In this document: one piece after another, positions 27,718-42,660 of the stretch
Numbering within the stretch: the stretch's first letter is position 1
How the letters are laid out: each line of letters opens with the position of its first letter
Source of the DNA: Eledone cirrhosa
Taxonomy: Eukaryota
Direction: 5' to 3'
Length of the DNA stretch: 64,000 nt
NCBI GenBank assembly: GCA_964016885.1
Contig: OZ024751.1
Span: 34,162,001-34,226,000 of the forward strand
Notes under the pieces: generated by a model
Database searches by the model: none
What the model was told of the DNA's origin: nothing
Seen by the model: the letters and a program-made list of their open reading frames with translations, nothing else
Made by a program: the position numbers and the translations under genes

Positions 27718-28082
27718 GCCTATAAATTCAAAGCCAACGCGACTGTCAAACAGAAGTAAAAGAAAATATTTATATAGAGAAGTGGTAAAGAGAGACATAT
27801 CTAAAGTGTGATGGAGAGGGGGGAAGACTGAGATGCAGAGAAGGGGGAATGAGAAAGATCAGAGAAGAAGTCGGAAACGTTGAACGGAGGAGACCGGAAA
27901 CCTTGTAGATTGTAAAACATTTACCAGGGTAAATACTGTCGATATGTTTCTCTGGTCGTTCTTTGTTATTTGGATAAACTTCCGGTACATTTGTGACGTC
28001 ACCAATACCAAACAGATATATTATGCAGAACAAGTTTTCTTTTCTTTAATGTTCTAAATAAATAAACATTGTTTAATCTCCA

Positions 28083-29163
28083 TACAAACCACCGAAGCTG
28101 ACCAGACATAGTACCACTGTGGTCAAACCCTCTGGCCACATTACAAACCGCTGAAACTGACCAGACAGTACCACTGTGGTCAAACCCTCTGGCCACGTTA
28201 CAAACCGCTGAAACTGACCAGACAGTACCACTGTGGTCAAACCCTCTGGCCACATTACAAACTGCTGAAACTGACCAGACAGTACCACTGTGGTCAAACC
28301 CTCTGGCCACGTTACGAACCGCTGAAACTGACCAGACAGTACCACTGTGGTCAAACCCTCTGGCCACATTACAAACTGCTGAAACTGACCAGACAGTACC
28401 ACTGTGGTCAAACCCTCTGGCCACGTTACGAACCGCTGAAACTGACCAGACAGTACCACTGTGGTCAAACCCTCTGGCCACATTACAAACCGCTGAAACT
28501 GACCAGACAGTACCACTGTGGTCAAACCCTCTGGCCACGTTACAAACCGCTGAAAGTGACCAGACAGTACCCCTGTGATCAAACCCTCTGGCCACATTAC
28601 AAACCACCGAAGCTGACCAGACATAGTACCACTGTGGTCAAACCCTCTGGCCACGTTACAAACCGCTGAAACTGACCAGACAGTACCACTGTGGTCAAAC
28701 CCTCTGGCCACGTTACAAACCGCTGAAAGTGACCAGACAGTACCCCTGTGGTCAAACCCTCTGGCCACATTACAAACCACCGAAGCTGACCAGACATAGT
28801 ACCACTGTGGTCAAACCCTCTGGCCACGTTACAAACCGCTGAAACTGACCAGACAGTACCACTGTGGTCAAACCCTCTGGCCACATTACAAACCACCAAA
28901 GCTGACCAGACATAGTACCACTGTGGTCAAACCCTCTGGCCACATTACAAACTGCTGAAACTGACCCTACAGTACCCCTGTGGTCAAACCCTCTGGCCAC
29001 ATTACAAACCGCTGAAACTGACCCTACAGTACCAGTGGTCAAACCCTCTGGCCACATTACAAACCGCTGAAACTGACCCTACAGTACCAATGTGGTCAAA
29101 CCCTCTGGCCACATTACAAACCACCGAAGCTGACCAGACGTAGTACCACTGTGGTCAAACCCT
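28083..29163. repeat. 57-bp (occasionally 59-bp) minisatellite, about 19 copies
   Basis: Unit ccagacagtaccactgtggtcaaaccctctggccacattacaaaccgctgaaactga, with no unique spacers. Confidence 0.95.
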
Positions 29164-30029
29164 CCGCCTGTAAGCTGGAGAGTGGAGAAAGGAGGTGACA
29201 ACTCTCTTGTACAATTGGTGATGGTTCCTAAACCTGCCTCGGTCATTCTCCTCCTTATTGAAGAGAACTGTTCTAATTTATTGTTGTTTGTTGCCTGTCT
29301 TTGTTTACATCAATAATTATATGTAAAGCCCTAAAGTCCTTGTATTGTCTCTTTTGTTTCTGTCCTGATGACCAATAAAGAAATAAGTACCTTTTTTTTT
29401 ATAACTATGACCATCATCATCACGATCGTTATCATCATGATATCCAGTATGAATGAGGGAGGGGAGGGAGAAAGAGGAGGAGGAAGAGGAGGGTAGGTAA
29501 CAAACAAGTCACAAACATTTTTCCTTGTCCAATATCTTTTGTCTTAATGTTTTACACAAGAAATATTTGTATATATAAGTTTTTTATTCGTGCTATAATG
29601 TTTTACATTGATTTTCTCCCCCCCCCCCCACTTCATCCTCTCGGTCACTTTTTCATATTGCTGCTTCCCACATATAAGTGTGCTTGCATGCGTGTGTATG
29701 TGTTTGTATATGAGTGTGTGTTAGTGCTTGTGTGCGTATATATATATATACACATATATATGCAAACAAACATGTATAACATATATATATATATATAATA
29801 TATGCACACAATGTTTACCACCCCTTGGGAAAACAATACGTAATTCAACACTAATCAATGGTTTTAACATACCTAATTTACCGTCCTATAATACATATAT
29901 ACACTAATTCTATATATGTGTATATATATATACATAGATATGTCTATGCGCGCCCATGTGTGTGTGTGTGTTAAGTTCTACCTTCCAGATATCATTGCCT
30001 ACGTTGCATGTTAACTTGTCTATACATAT

Positions 30030-30052
30030 ATTCATACGTATTTATATATATA

Positions 30053-30092
<40 letters not shown>

Positions 30093-30330
30093 GTATTTTA
30101 TATATATATACGTATTTTATATATATATATATATATACGTATTTTATATATATATATATATATACGTATTTTATTTATATATATATATACGTATTTTATT
30201 TATATATATATATATATACGTATTTTATATATATATATATATACGTATTTTATTTATATATATATATATACGTATTTTATTTATATATATATATATAGAC
30301 GTATTTTATTTATATATATATATATAGACG

Positions 30331-30390
<60 letters not shown>

Positions 30391-30501
30391 GTATTTTATA
30401 TATATATATACGTATTTTATATATATATATACGTATTTATATATATATATATACGTATTTTATATATATATATATACGTATTTTATATATATATATATAC
30501 G

Positions 30502-30537
<36 letters not shown>

Positions 30538-30578
30538 GTATTTATATATATACGTATTTATATATATATATATATACG

Positions 30579-30620
<42 letters not shown>

Positions 30621-30710
30621 GTATTTATATATATACGTATTTATATATATATATATATATATATACGTATTTATATATAAATATATATACGTATTTTATA
30701 TATATATATA
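30030..30710. repeat. (TA)n array punctuated by CGTATTTT
   Basis: The interruption motif recurs more than 20 times. Confidence 0.9.
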
Positions 30711-31049
30711 TGTGTGTGTGAGGGAGAGAGAGTTATACATAATGTAATATATTATGTATGTTTACATACATAGTTATATGTTTTGTGAATTTGTGACGTA
30801 TACATAAGTATGTGTATACCACTATATAAGTAGGTGTATGTATGCCTGTGTATATGTGTATGCTACTGATTACAGAGGCATATGATCTTGGTAATATCAA
30901 TGTGTTGTCACTTTACATGAATACACACACACACACACACACACATTATATATAAAAATGTATATATACGTAAAATAACTTGCGTAATATAGCACCACAG
31001 TAATAAATGTATCATAGATATAATATAAAAATATAATATAATTATATGT

Positions 31050-31140
<91 letters not shown>

Positions 31141-31799
31141 ATATATAATATATATATATGCTCACATATATAAGCGTGTGTATTGGTGTACATATATACT
31201 ATATATATACATACATTCAGATATATAATATATATCTACACATACATACATACCTTCCAGACAATTCCATTGATTTTATGCAAGCACCTACCTCAGCTAA
31301 ATCGACAATTTTCTTCGCACATTTTATATAAAAAAAAATTTTTCTTTTAAATATATACGCGTATAATTCTGTATTGTCATTGTATTGCATATTATCATTA
31401 TTATAGGGGGAACAATGTGGTAATTTCATTTTTGCAGTTTTATTGTCTTTCCTATGGTGTCTGCTATTGAAAACGTTTATATATACATCCTTATAATTCG
31501 TTTTACAACGAGTTGGTCAGTTGTTCTCCCTCAGATAAAGTGAAACTCGCCCACATTGTTTAGCTAACTCGTACAATGCTTCTTTCAATATAATATAGTT
31601 CAATTGACAATGTTTTTGTCGAAGGAAAAAAACCTTTTGTCTCAGTATATTACTAAAGAAAAGCTACCCCAGCTCTACATCTGTACACAACGCTGAACTT
31701 CTACAAAGTTTATTGATTATATGATAAATATATGCTGACGTTGCTCCGGTTTACTCGGTTATGTTAAGACAATAATAACAAAACATGTTTACAACTACA

Positions 31800-32790
31800 A
31801 TGCTGGAAAAGATGATACCATTCTCAAACCCCTGAAAGAAAAAGCAGCATCCAGTGCTACTGCTCAAAGGATCAATAGAGAAGTTGAAATGAAATAAAGA
31901 CACTTAAAAACAATAAAACCAGCGGTATTGACAACATATCGGCAGAATTACTGAAATACGGAGGTGGCGTGAACCAACGTACTTGAAAATGAAAAATGGC
32001 CGGAAGACTGGATAACATCGATGTTGGTCCCAATCCCTAAGATTTCCAGCAGATATGAAGATTTCAGAACTTGATAAAACATGATTGAGGTGTTTTTTAA
32101 AATACATCAGAGACGATTGCTACCAATTGCAGAAAACGTCTTGGACAAGCGTCGAACGGGTTTGAGGCGGGATCGGAGTACAGTGGAGTAAATGTGTATT
32201 CCGCGCATACTGATAGAGAATTATACTGAACACAACAGGGAAATGTCCAACTTCATTGATTACAAGAATGCCTTCGAACGGGTGTAATATGAATCCATGT
32301 GGATGGTGCTGGAACAGCATGGGGTGGATGAAGAAGTGTTGTTGTGGGCTCTTGAACAGCTGTATGTCCATTCGAAGAGATTGTGAGCAGAGCAATTGAC
32401 GGCCTCCAGGGAGGCTTGCGGATACAGGGGTTACTGGTAAACAATATCAGGTTTGCAGGCAACATCGCCCTACTAGATAGAAGCGAAAAAGATCTAACAT
32501 GTCTAGTGGAAAGAGAATCGAAGAAATTTTGTATGGAAATAATTTGTGAGAAGTGCAAAGCACTTGTGGTGGGATAAAACAGGACACTTAAAAAAGCCGA
32601 TAAAGATTGAGGAAAATAAAATAAAGTAAGTGGAATAATTGAAGTAGTTAAAATGTAGCATCTCAGAGAATGGCAAGTCAGCAAACGAAGTGAAGAACTG
32701 GGATAACAATGACATATTTGAACAGACTGGACAACATCTGGAAGAACAACAACTTGAGCTTCAAATCCAAACTTAGGTTGATAAAATATG
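31800..32790 (+). pseudogene. Decayed RTE-clade LINE reverse transcriptase
   Basis: Frame-shifted peptides KPAGIDNISAELLKYGG, SMLVPIPK, GLRRDRSTVE, FIDYKNAFERV and NNIRFAGNIALL (degenerate RFADD). Confidence 0.8.
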
Positions 32791-32799
32791 TTTTGTAAA

Positions 32800-33050
32800 A
32801 AGACAAGATGGAATAGAAATTTAAGACCACAAAGAAGAGGAAGCACAAAACAGAACAGTCATTTGGGAGGTCACAGAACTTCGACAAACAAATGAATAAC
32901 GAGCAGTAAAGATAAAGTGAACATTACGTGATCCATGTGTTCCTTTTCTATTGGCAATACTGGCAAAATGACCATCCCCAGATATAATATCGGTTTCAAC
33001 AAACGATTTTACATTAGCAATCTTGCAGAACAAATACATCAGGGTATAAA
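32800..33050 (+). mobile_element. Diverged member of the 44-kb hairpin family (decayed hammerhead, MTIPRYNIGF tail)
   Basis: acaagatgg...caaagaagagg..gtca..gaggtcacagaa resembles 44290-44390; the tail peptide is conserved. Confidence 0.6.
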
Positions 33051-33067
33051 TAAATATATAGATATAT

Positions 33068-33182
33068 AGTTCAAGGAAACGACAAACAGAGAAAGTTTGA
33101 CGTGTCGGGATTTAGCCCTTCTTCGGGAGTACAAAGAATAGAGTCAAGATCACAAAGGAAAGATACAGAAAATAAAAAGGTA
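33068..33182 (-). mobile_element. Short repeat with a decayed hammerhead-like motif; related to 37200-37352
   Basis: Minus strand reads ctc-CCGAAGA-agggctaaatccc-GACA-CGTC; the two loci align by eye. Confidence 0.45.
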
Positions 33183-33214
33183 TATATATATATATATACA
33201 CACACACACATATA

Positions 33215-33264
<50 letters not shown>

Positions 33265-33548
33265 CGCGCGCGTGGGTGTATTCTACATCTATGCTTATGA
33301 AAATGTGTCTTCGTATACTATAAAGAGAAGAGATAGAGAGGAGACAGACAAACAGACAACTGGAATAGTTTGATATAATCATCTTAAGAAAATGGAAAAT
33401 GATGTAGAAGAAGCATTATAGAAAAGATGACGTCTTCATATATATTGAAGAAATAGACAAAGAAATACACATGTAATAAAATATGGAGAAAAATATACAT
33501 ATAAATACATTCATATTATCTATATATATATACATCTATCTATCTATA

Positions 33549-33602
<54 letters not shown>

Positions 33603-33934
33603 TATATATATATATATATATATACACGTGTGAGGGTGTGTGTGTGTGTGCGTGTATGTAGAAAAGTTGTCGATCAAACAAGTAAATTGTTTATTTTGGT
33701 GACATTTCGAAAATATAGACATTATTTTCTTTGGGGTTTTGCTGATTTTTGTTGGTTGTTTTTGTTTAATTTTTATTTTCGTTCCTAAGTGTAAACAGTA
33801 GTTAATATCTGATGGTTTGTGTTAACTGCTTAGAAAACCAGTTATAATCTTTCTATCAACCATTTTCCTTTTTATTAAAAGCTTCTTCTCTCCTCTCTCT
33901 CACTTTACACCTATCTCTCTCTCATATATATATG

Positions 33935-33985
<51 letters not shown>

Positions 33986-34149
33986 TCTGTGACATCTACA
34001 CACATATGCACACAGAATCTACGCCCTCTCTCCAGAGATTTCTAGAGAAAATATGTCCTATGAACCATGACGTATCCGATTATTACTTCTGTCCACTTGG
34101 ATGGACGGCTAGATAGATAGATGGACTGAGAGAGAGAAAGATGGGGTGA

Positions 34150-34191
<42 letters not shown>

Positions 34192-34491
34192 GGGTGGAAA
34201 AGAACGAAAGAGATAGAGTGAGATGAACAGAGGGGAAGAAATAGAAAGAGACAGGTGCACAGACGAAGAAAAGAAAGAAATAGTAGGTAGATAGATAGAT
34301 ATGATGTGATATATACTATGATATAGATGAGAATTTACGGTTAATTTCCAGTTGAAAATGTAATATTTTGTTCAATGAGTAATCTACAAATAGTCTACAA
34401 AATGCCAAATCTCTGTCTCCCTTCTCTCTCTCTCAATATATATTCCCGCCTGTATGTATGTATGTATGTATGTATGTATGTATGTATGTAC

Positions 34492-34824
34492 CTGATGGTA
34501 TCCAATGATGTTGACTTGTTCTTTTTGGTAAATATCATCTTGGTTAAGAGAGTGGGACTGGCTTTGTGCAGTGCCTTTGCTCACTATAAAAGCTTCACGG
34601 CACAGGCATTGCTTTATATCTGGAGATCTCTCTGCACTTGTCGTCACATGGTACCATGGGCCCAGCACTATATGTCAATAATTGTCACAAGTGTAGTGTT
34701 TGTACCAGAGTTTTCAAGTCGCTGGCTGGACTAAAAAGTCACACTCATTCAGCGCATCGGTAGGGGTTCTTCTACATGGATATAAAGTAGTGGCCGTACT
34801 CGAAAACGAGTTGGCAGCCACCAT
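34492..34824 (+). mobile_element. Partial RTE-related retroposon copy flanked by (TATG)n
   Basis: Reverse complement of ~10801-11137. Confidence 0.7.
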
Positions 34825-35194
34825 GTATGTATGTATGTATGTATGTATGTATGTATGTATGTATGTATGTATGTGTGTGTTTCCAATTAAAAAACAACAG
34901 AATTCCAGGCTAGAAACTTTCTTTAAAATTTTAAATCCGCGAAAACACTATGCATATTTCAATGGCCAAGTTTCAACATCTGATTATGATGCAAAACTTG
35001 AGCGATTTCATTAGGTGTTGATTGCAGAATTAGTTATATAAGGTAACAGGATTACGGCGAACACAAACACTAAAAATAGAACATAGAGGACAGATTTGAT
35101 TTGGGGATAGTCTCCAGTTCATTATTATAGTAACGTATCGGTTCTTGCTCGTCCCAGCAAGCATGCCTTTTGAAGTGTTCCAAAAGGGGTGCTG

Positions 35195-35226
<32 letters not shown>

Positions 35227-35444
35227 GGTGGTGGTGGTGGTGGTGGTGGTGGTGGTGGTGGTGGTGGTAGTGTTGTTGTTGGTGGTGGTAGTGTTGTTGT
35301 TGGTGGTAGTGGTGGTGGTGTTGCAACATTTTAGTTCACATTTGAGTAAGAATGTAATTTAGAAATGACGTCACTGTTGTTGGAGGAAGAACAAAGGAAC
35401 ACCTCAATAAACAACGTAAAGAAACAATGTTGTTGATTGTGAAT

Positions 35445-35931
35445 GATGTGATGATGATGATGATGATGATGATGGTTAGGTGAATGGTGGTGATGATTGT
35501 GTTGATGGTAATGGTTGTGTTGATGGTTGTGTTATTGATGGTGATGGTTGTGTTGATGGTGATGGTGGTATTGGTGCTGATGGTTGTGTTGATGGTGATG
35601 GTTATATTGATGGTGCTTATGGTTGTGTTGATGGTGATGGTAGTATTGGTTCTGATGGTTCTGTTGATGGTGATGGTTGTGTTGATGGTGATGGTTATGG
35701 TGATGGTTGTGCTGATGGTGTTGATGGTTGTGTTGATGGTGCTGATGGTTGTGTTGATGGTGGTGGTGGTGATATTGATAGTGATGGTTATAGTGATGGT
35801 GATGGTTGTGTTGATAGTGATGGTTGTGTTGATGGTGCTGATGGTTGTATTGATGGTGCTGATGGTTGTGTTGATGGTGGTGGTGGTGATATTGATAGTG
35901 ATGGTTATAGTGATGGTGATGGTTGTGTTGG
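35445..35931. repeat. Degenerate (GATGGT/TGTGTT) tandem repeat
   Basis: Low-complexity triplet expansion. Confidence 0.85.
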
Positions 35932-36817
35932 CTTAATCAACAGAACAACTTGTGAAATAAACAAGTGGTTGAACATTCTAGAAGTATATACAATTCAGCG
36001 TGACAGAGTGTATGACAACACTGGACCTTTAAATAACAACTACAGTCCAACTTATATTACAGTGTAAGTGGCTGATCCTTAAAATGAGATACAGCTCGTT
36101 CGACAAACCATCTTCCGACTATAAACTACAGCACCAAATTCTATATTTCAGGAGTCCGGCGGTTAGGAGTTAAATATGTTCTGGTGAGTATCGAAACCAA
36201 TTCAAGAAGTCAGATTCATAGGGTATTAATAGTACTATGTTGCGGGCAATTGTATTTATGCGTGTGTGCATAGAGAGGAGGGGGGGGCATAAATATATAA
36301 CTATTTGTGTATACGTGTGATAACATTGATATATAGAAGAATACGTGTGTGTGTGTGTGGTCACAAGGAACGAGCATTCACTGTATTTAAGATAATAATT
36401 GAATCATAACTAGTGTTTATAGATTCAAAGCACGTTTTATTCTTATGAGAGTAAACCTTTTTTTAGGTCTTATCTGACCCTTGGGTCACTGGGAATATAT
36501 ATACCAGGTTTGTAACACTTGACTAACTTTCTTATTAAGTTTAGCTAACTTCTAGCTAAGTAGCGCTATTACATAAATATACACTTAGATACTTCACTCT
36601 CTCGCATTCTTTGTTTCTTTCACTCTCTATATGTATATGTGTGTATGTGTGTATATATGTATAGATTTATATCTGCCTTTCTCTTTCTCTATATATATAC
36701 ACACATATGTATAGATATATATCTGCCTTTTTCTCTCTCTATATATATACACACATATGTATAGATATATATCTGCCTTTCACTCTCTCTATATATATAT
36801 ATAATAATATATATATA

Positions 36818-36865
<48 letters not shown>

Positions 36866-36906
36866 TATATATATATTTAATAATAATATATATATATATA
36901 TTTAAT

Positions 36907-36971
<65 letters not shown>

Positions 36972-37090
36972 AATAATGCAAACACCAAAATCCAGGAAGG
37001 ACTCGACAAGAATTGTAGATATAAAAGTATATATAAACCAGTGGGGCAAATATCTATTATTAGCACAGATTAAAAGTTCAAGCAAACAAT
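36972..37090 (-). mobile_element. Tail/arm fragment related to 51410-51590
   Basis: Minus-strand tttgcttgaacttttaatctg...tgtcgagtccttcctggatttt aligns with 51470-51570. Confidence 0.55.
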
Positions 37091-37145
37091 TTCTGCTTTC
37101 AACCTAAAGCGGTAGTATGAAATACACACACAAACACACATCCTC

Positions 37146-37202
<57 letters not shown>

Positions 37203-40200
37203 CAAAGAAACGATAAAACAGATACAAAGTCTTATTAGTTTCACGCTTTATATGTAAAAAGGGAAAGAAAGTTCGACGTATCCGGCTTTAGTCCTTCAGG
37301 AGTACAGAAAATAGAGACAGGATCACAAGGTAAAGACACAGAAAATAAAGGTAGTCAGTAGTATATACACACATATACATACACATATGTGCGTATATAT
37401 ATATATACAGTATCACCACCACTACATCACTACCACCACTGCACTACAACTACACCACCACAACACTACTATACACTGTACTGTGTGAGATCTCCATTCC
37501 GGAACAAAACAAAACATCCAATTTAAATTGGAAGGAAATTCACAATTTGACAAAGGAAATTGTTTCACTCATTGTTTTCTTCTCCCTCTTTTACTGAAAA
37601 CCGAAGATATCCGTCACCCCATTACTCCGACCAATCAACCAGTCACACAAACAAGCAGTACATATGGATACATGAGTGTGTGGTGGGTGTGTGTGTGTAT
37701 GTGCGTGTGCGTGTATGTGCGCGCGCGCCGATTTGGCAGAGGCGTTAGGGCGTTGGATATTTATCTCGAGTTTCTGTGTCCTCAGTTCAAACCCTGCTGA
37801 GGGCCTCTTAGCCTTTCGTCTTTTTGGAGTCGATAAATGAAATAGCAACCCAGTGCTGGTGCAGCCGTCTTTCCTTCCAGCTTTCACATTCAGGCTGTTC
37901 CATTAGATCAAACAAATATATTTGGAAAGTACGGTGCATGCTACCTAGACGTACTGAATTGTAAGTGTGGGCTGTAGTAATTTGTATAGTCTCTTCAAAT
38001 TGTCTCAGATATGCTCTAAGACTTACAGCTATGTTCATTGGGTCATTTCTCCTCCGCCAGTTGCGTTGTCCCGTAACCCTATCAACCTCGCATTTATATT
38101 GGAACGTGCATTGCCTTTCTTGGAATTCAAACCAGTTACATTTAGAAAATAATAACTGGTTGGCAGAACCTTTAGATAAATTATATGAATATTTATCATA
38201 ATTTCCATTGTGTTACAATAACGACACTGGTAATAACAACAGCGCTGCTCTGCTAGTGCGAAATACGAGGTGAAATATATATGTTGATATGATAAAGCCG
38301 AGAAATACTGAAATATTATATAAAAGATTTACTAATGAGAAATCGAAGTCAAACCTTGACTATGTTGGTGAAAATTTCCTTGGCTAAAATCTCAGCATGT
38401 TCAGATTAAAAATGTATATTTGACAAATGCATCTCTGCCAAGAGAGAATTCTAACATGAACTTCAGATATAACGCTGCTTTTCTTTGCTTAACACGTCTA
38501 TCTTACTTTTGGAACTCTGCAAAAGCAAATATCTCTGGTTAACCTTTGCTACTCTACACTTGTAATGTATTTCACACTTTCACACCACAGCTTGTATTAA
38601 TTCTATAATAAATTAGATTTTACACTTTGTTCGTCTGTATGAGTGTGTATGTGCGTGTGGTTGTTACTGTATATTAGTATATTTGCATATCTCTCTTTTA
38701 TCCATATATTTACATATATATGTGTATGTATGTGTCTGTCCGTGTGTCTGAGTTTACCTATGTTTATTACTATATATGCTGTTCGCTACTGTGTTTCTGT
38801 GTGTTTGTGTGTGTACATTAATATATATGTCTTTTCACTGTGTTTTACTGTGTTAATCGTCATTGAACACTTTAAAGCTGGTTGTTGCCTTAAGGTTATT
38901 AAATGAGGAACACCCCGACATTCATGGAAGAAAATAACTACATTTCTCACCAAAATATTGAGATTTCACGTTTTCCAATCTAGATTAAACTATTATATAA
39001 CGAGTTGCTTTTTGGTTGGGGTGATGCTTCCTAAACTGTGCACCGCCAAGTGCTACAAAAGGACAAGATTCTATTTCATGCTGGTTGCCGTTGATACTTT
39101 CCGTCTCCTCTCACTAGACTGACGTCTTAATCAGTAACATCTGGAGCTGTACATCTGGCCTGAGGAAAGAACCTGTGAGGTGGAATAGGTGGGTATCACT
39201 GCCTGTTCTCCACGACAATGAGTTCGCCATGTTGCCTGTGACGCAACTGAGATATACCGCCCAACCAAGTTTAGCCCTATGATGATGATGATGATGATAA
39301 ATAAAGAACTGTCACAGTAATAATAATGATTTCTAATTTAGGCACAAGGTTAGCAATTATGGGGGAAGAAAAAGTCGATTATATCAACCCCAGTACTTAA
39401 CTGATACTTTATTTCATCGACCTCGGAAAGATTATTAAAGTATGTTTGAAAAACACTAAAAAAAGACTGAAAACATTAAAAAAGAACATGTACACATATT
39501 TCTCATTGATAACTTTGCTCCATTTATTGACTAAAGAACGAAGTACAAATATTTGTTTCTGTGTCATGATTTATATTTCTACTTTACGCTATAGATACTT
39601 CTTTTGAATAAATATTTGAATTTAGATAAATGTCTACCAAAATATCTTTACTTTTTCTAAAGTGCACCATAAGTAGATGTTGATTGTGTATATAGACAGC
39701 GTGTAGATGTTGAGTAGATATATAGATAGTGTGTAGATGTTGACTGGGTATATAGACACCTCTCCCCCTCAATACCCCCCCCCCCCACCCCCCACCCCCC
39801 TCAATACATCTATCTACCCGCTCTATACCCCCACCAACACCTCCACTCCCACACTACAAACCTCAACCAGATTTTATTTTCGGTAAACAATTAATTTTTA
39901 TTGAATTTCATTCTAAAACCTTTGTTTGGTTGTCTTAGAATCGGTTTACATTGATTGACACATCATAAACCTGGGGAGGGGTCGGGATAGTGTGTGTGGG
40001 TGTCTATGTAGCTGTTTGTGTGTGTGTATAGGTATATGGGTGAGTGTATAGATGTGTGTGTAGATGATTGTGTGTATGTGTGGTGTGTAGGTGTGTAGAT
40101 GTGTGTGTATGCAAGTGTGTGTGAATGTGTGTAAAGACGAAAGATAAACGTAAAGAAGGCTTGAGGCAAGAGAGATGTGTGTGTCTGTGTATAGATGTAA

Positions 40201-40790
40201 GCATCTATGTGTATGTAGACGCCTGTGTACGTGTACAGAAGTGTGCATGAGTGTGGGTTCGCGAAGACGATAAATAAATGAAGATAGGCTTGGGGCAAAA
40301 CAGATATATGGAGATGTGTGTGTGTATAGGAGGGGGCTATAGACAGACGTAAAGAAATATTTTGCCTAGAAAGAATTATATGTGATTGTATGTGTGTATA
40401 TATCAAATATCGGACGATACAAACGGAACAATTTACGATCTTCAACCATCCGTTCCAAGCGTGAAAATCCAAAGATATCACAGATATCAAAGGAAATTCG
40501 AGTTTTCAGCATTTTAAGGATGGTAAATGCGCGCTCATAGTACACCTCAGCCACTGGGAAAATTATCATAGCGGCTTTTCAGAATGGGAGTGGAAAAAGG
40601 GTGGGTAACGACTCAAAGTAGATCAGTCACAGCCCAGGGACGATAATAAGACAAAATGTAACCGTTATATTACATGAGACAGGAAAAAGACAAGGAAATA
40701 AAAAGAAGTGGAAACAAGACAAGACATGATATATATATATATTATTCAAAATATTAATAAATGGAGACATTTACATAATCAAAATATATG

Positions 40791-40852
40791 TTTTATTATA
40801 TATATTTCGGGGGTACTGTGCTGTTTTTTCAGTACGTCCTCATCAGATAAAA
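40791..40852 (-). ncRNA. Minimal type I hammerhead ribozyme
   Basis: Minus strand reads TTTTAT-CTGATGA-ggacgtactg...cagtaccccc-GAAA-TATATATA-ATAAAA; its flank resembles the 16793 element. Confidence 0.75.
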
Positions 40853-41188
40853 TATATATATATAATATATATAATATATATATATAATATATATAATATA
40901 TATATATATAATATATAATATATATATAATATATATTATATATATAATATATATAATATATATATATAATATATATATAATATATATAATATATATATAT
41001 ATATATAATTTGAAATTTTCAACTACATTTAGTTGCTATCCAGATTTTGAGTTTATGATCTCTGGATCTGTAAAATTTAATTGCATGAACTCTACTTTTC
41101 TTAATACTGATGGAGAGATCATCTTTATCTGCTTCACTCTCTACTTCTAGTAGATCTTATACATGATATACCGACAATAAAACAGACA

Positions 41189-41350
41189 ATTATTGAATCT
41201 GTCTTGTTATTGTGTGAAACATGGAAACTCACAGAGAGGCTGGAAAACCAGCTGGATAGAATGTACAAACACATTAAGGATAGAAAGAGCCACACGACCA
41301 ATACAAAACTTTATGGTAGTCTACCATACATGAAAAAGATTGCACTGGAA
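41189..41350 (+). pseudogene. RTE-clade LINE C-terminal fragment
   Basis: IIESVLLLCETWKLTERLENQLDRMYK resembles the RTE motif 'SVLLYGxETWTL...LD'. Confidence 0.55.
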
Positions 41351-41389
41351 TAAAGAATACTGCTATTATATATATATATATATATATAT

Positions 41390-41575
41390 GTGGTTGACGG
41401 CAGAGAGAAAATTGTACTCAATACCGAAGTAGAGTTTTAATATTAATTTTATTAAGGCTAAATAGTGAGTCTTGTTACTCTGGAGTTTCACCTGTTTATC
41501 ACAGTCTCTGATGACTGATAAACAAGCGAAACTCCAATGTATCAATACTCACTATTTAGCCTTAATAATAATGAT

Positions 41576-41576
<1 letters not shown>
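41390..41576. mobile_element. PLE-derived fold-back element (arms ~41451-41501 / 41516-41576) with a central CTGATGA..GAAAC remnant
   Basis: Imperfect inverted arms; tail shared with 8221-8270; (TA)n flanks. Confidence 0.65.
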
Positions 41577-41622
<46 letters not shown>

Positions 41623-42554
41623 TGTACATATGGTGCTAGTGCCAAATCTTAATGTCCGCTTTGATATATATTATATACTATACCTATGCGTCTATATATA
41701 TGTATGTGTACTACATACATAGACGATAGAGTTTTGGGAAAGTATAAAGAAAAATGTTATAAAATAAAAAGTAAATGATTTTTTTTATAGATGAAAAACG
41801 GAAGAGAATCATTACTTACGTATTTACTGCTTTAGATGACTAAAACCTAAACATTTTCGGGTTTTTTCATATTTTTTATGAGAAATCTGCAAAATATTTA
41901 ATATTAATATTCATCACAAAATAATAAGAATTGCTTGCAGGCATACGACAGGAAAAAATATATATGACAGTAAAAGGTTATCGTCTGATAAAGCCTTGGT
42001 CTGAAATATTTCCAGGAAAAACTCTCTTTATCAACTTACTCAGTCCCTCCAGCTAAAATATTAACTGAAAAACAAACACTAAATAAAATCAATGATTCTT
42101 AACTTGGGGAATATAGCCCGTTTTTTAGGGGATTTTATTTTATTTTATTTTTACAATTTCTTCAAACTTCTATCTAGACAGTTTGACAGCGTAAAAATAT
42201 ATATAAAACGAAAAGAACATTGAAAATATTATTTGTATATTTGTTAAACCACATTGATTGATTGATTTGGAGTTCTTTTATTTGTCCAATTATTTATTTT
42301 TAAGTTTTTAATGAGGGTTCCGATGTTTTTGTTGTTTTTTTGCGGGGGGGGGGGGGTAAATTTTACTGTTTTATTTCTGTTTTCCTTGTAATCTGGATGA
42401 GAAAATAAATCGGGTCTAGTCTTCTAAAATCATTTATTTTGTTTTTTTACATCAACTATCGTTTATGATTACCAATAATAATAACAATGACTGATAAAAT
42501 GGTACTGAAGAACTGCAAAAAAAAGCTCACCCATCTGTCCTTTGCACGAATTGA

Positions 42555-42660
42555 CTACAAGAAGGATGAAAGTTGACTTCGTCGGAATTCGGATGCAGAA
42601 GGCTGGAATAAATACTGCGAAGCATTCTATCCGCCGTTCTAACGACTCTGTCAATTTGCC
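42555..42660 (-). mobile_element. Nin-type SINE 5' fragment
   Basis: aaagttgacttcgtcggaattcg...gcattctatccgccgttctaacgactctg. Confidence 0.5.

Noticed and set aside
28083-29163. CRISPR-like regular array
   Set aside because: The units are contiguous with no unique spacers, there are no cas genes, and the context is eukaryotic.
35480-36067. DG/C-rich 195-aa ORF resembling a structural or metal-binding protein
   Set aside because: It is a degenerate triplet repeat open in several frames, with no splice or homology support.
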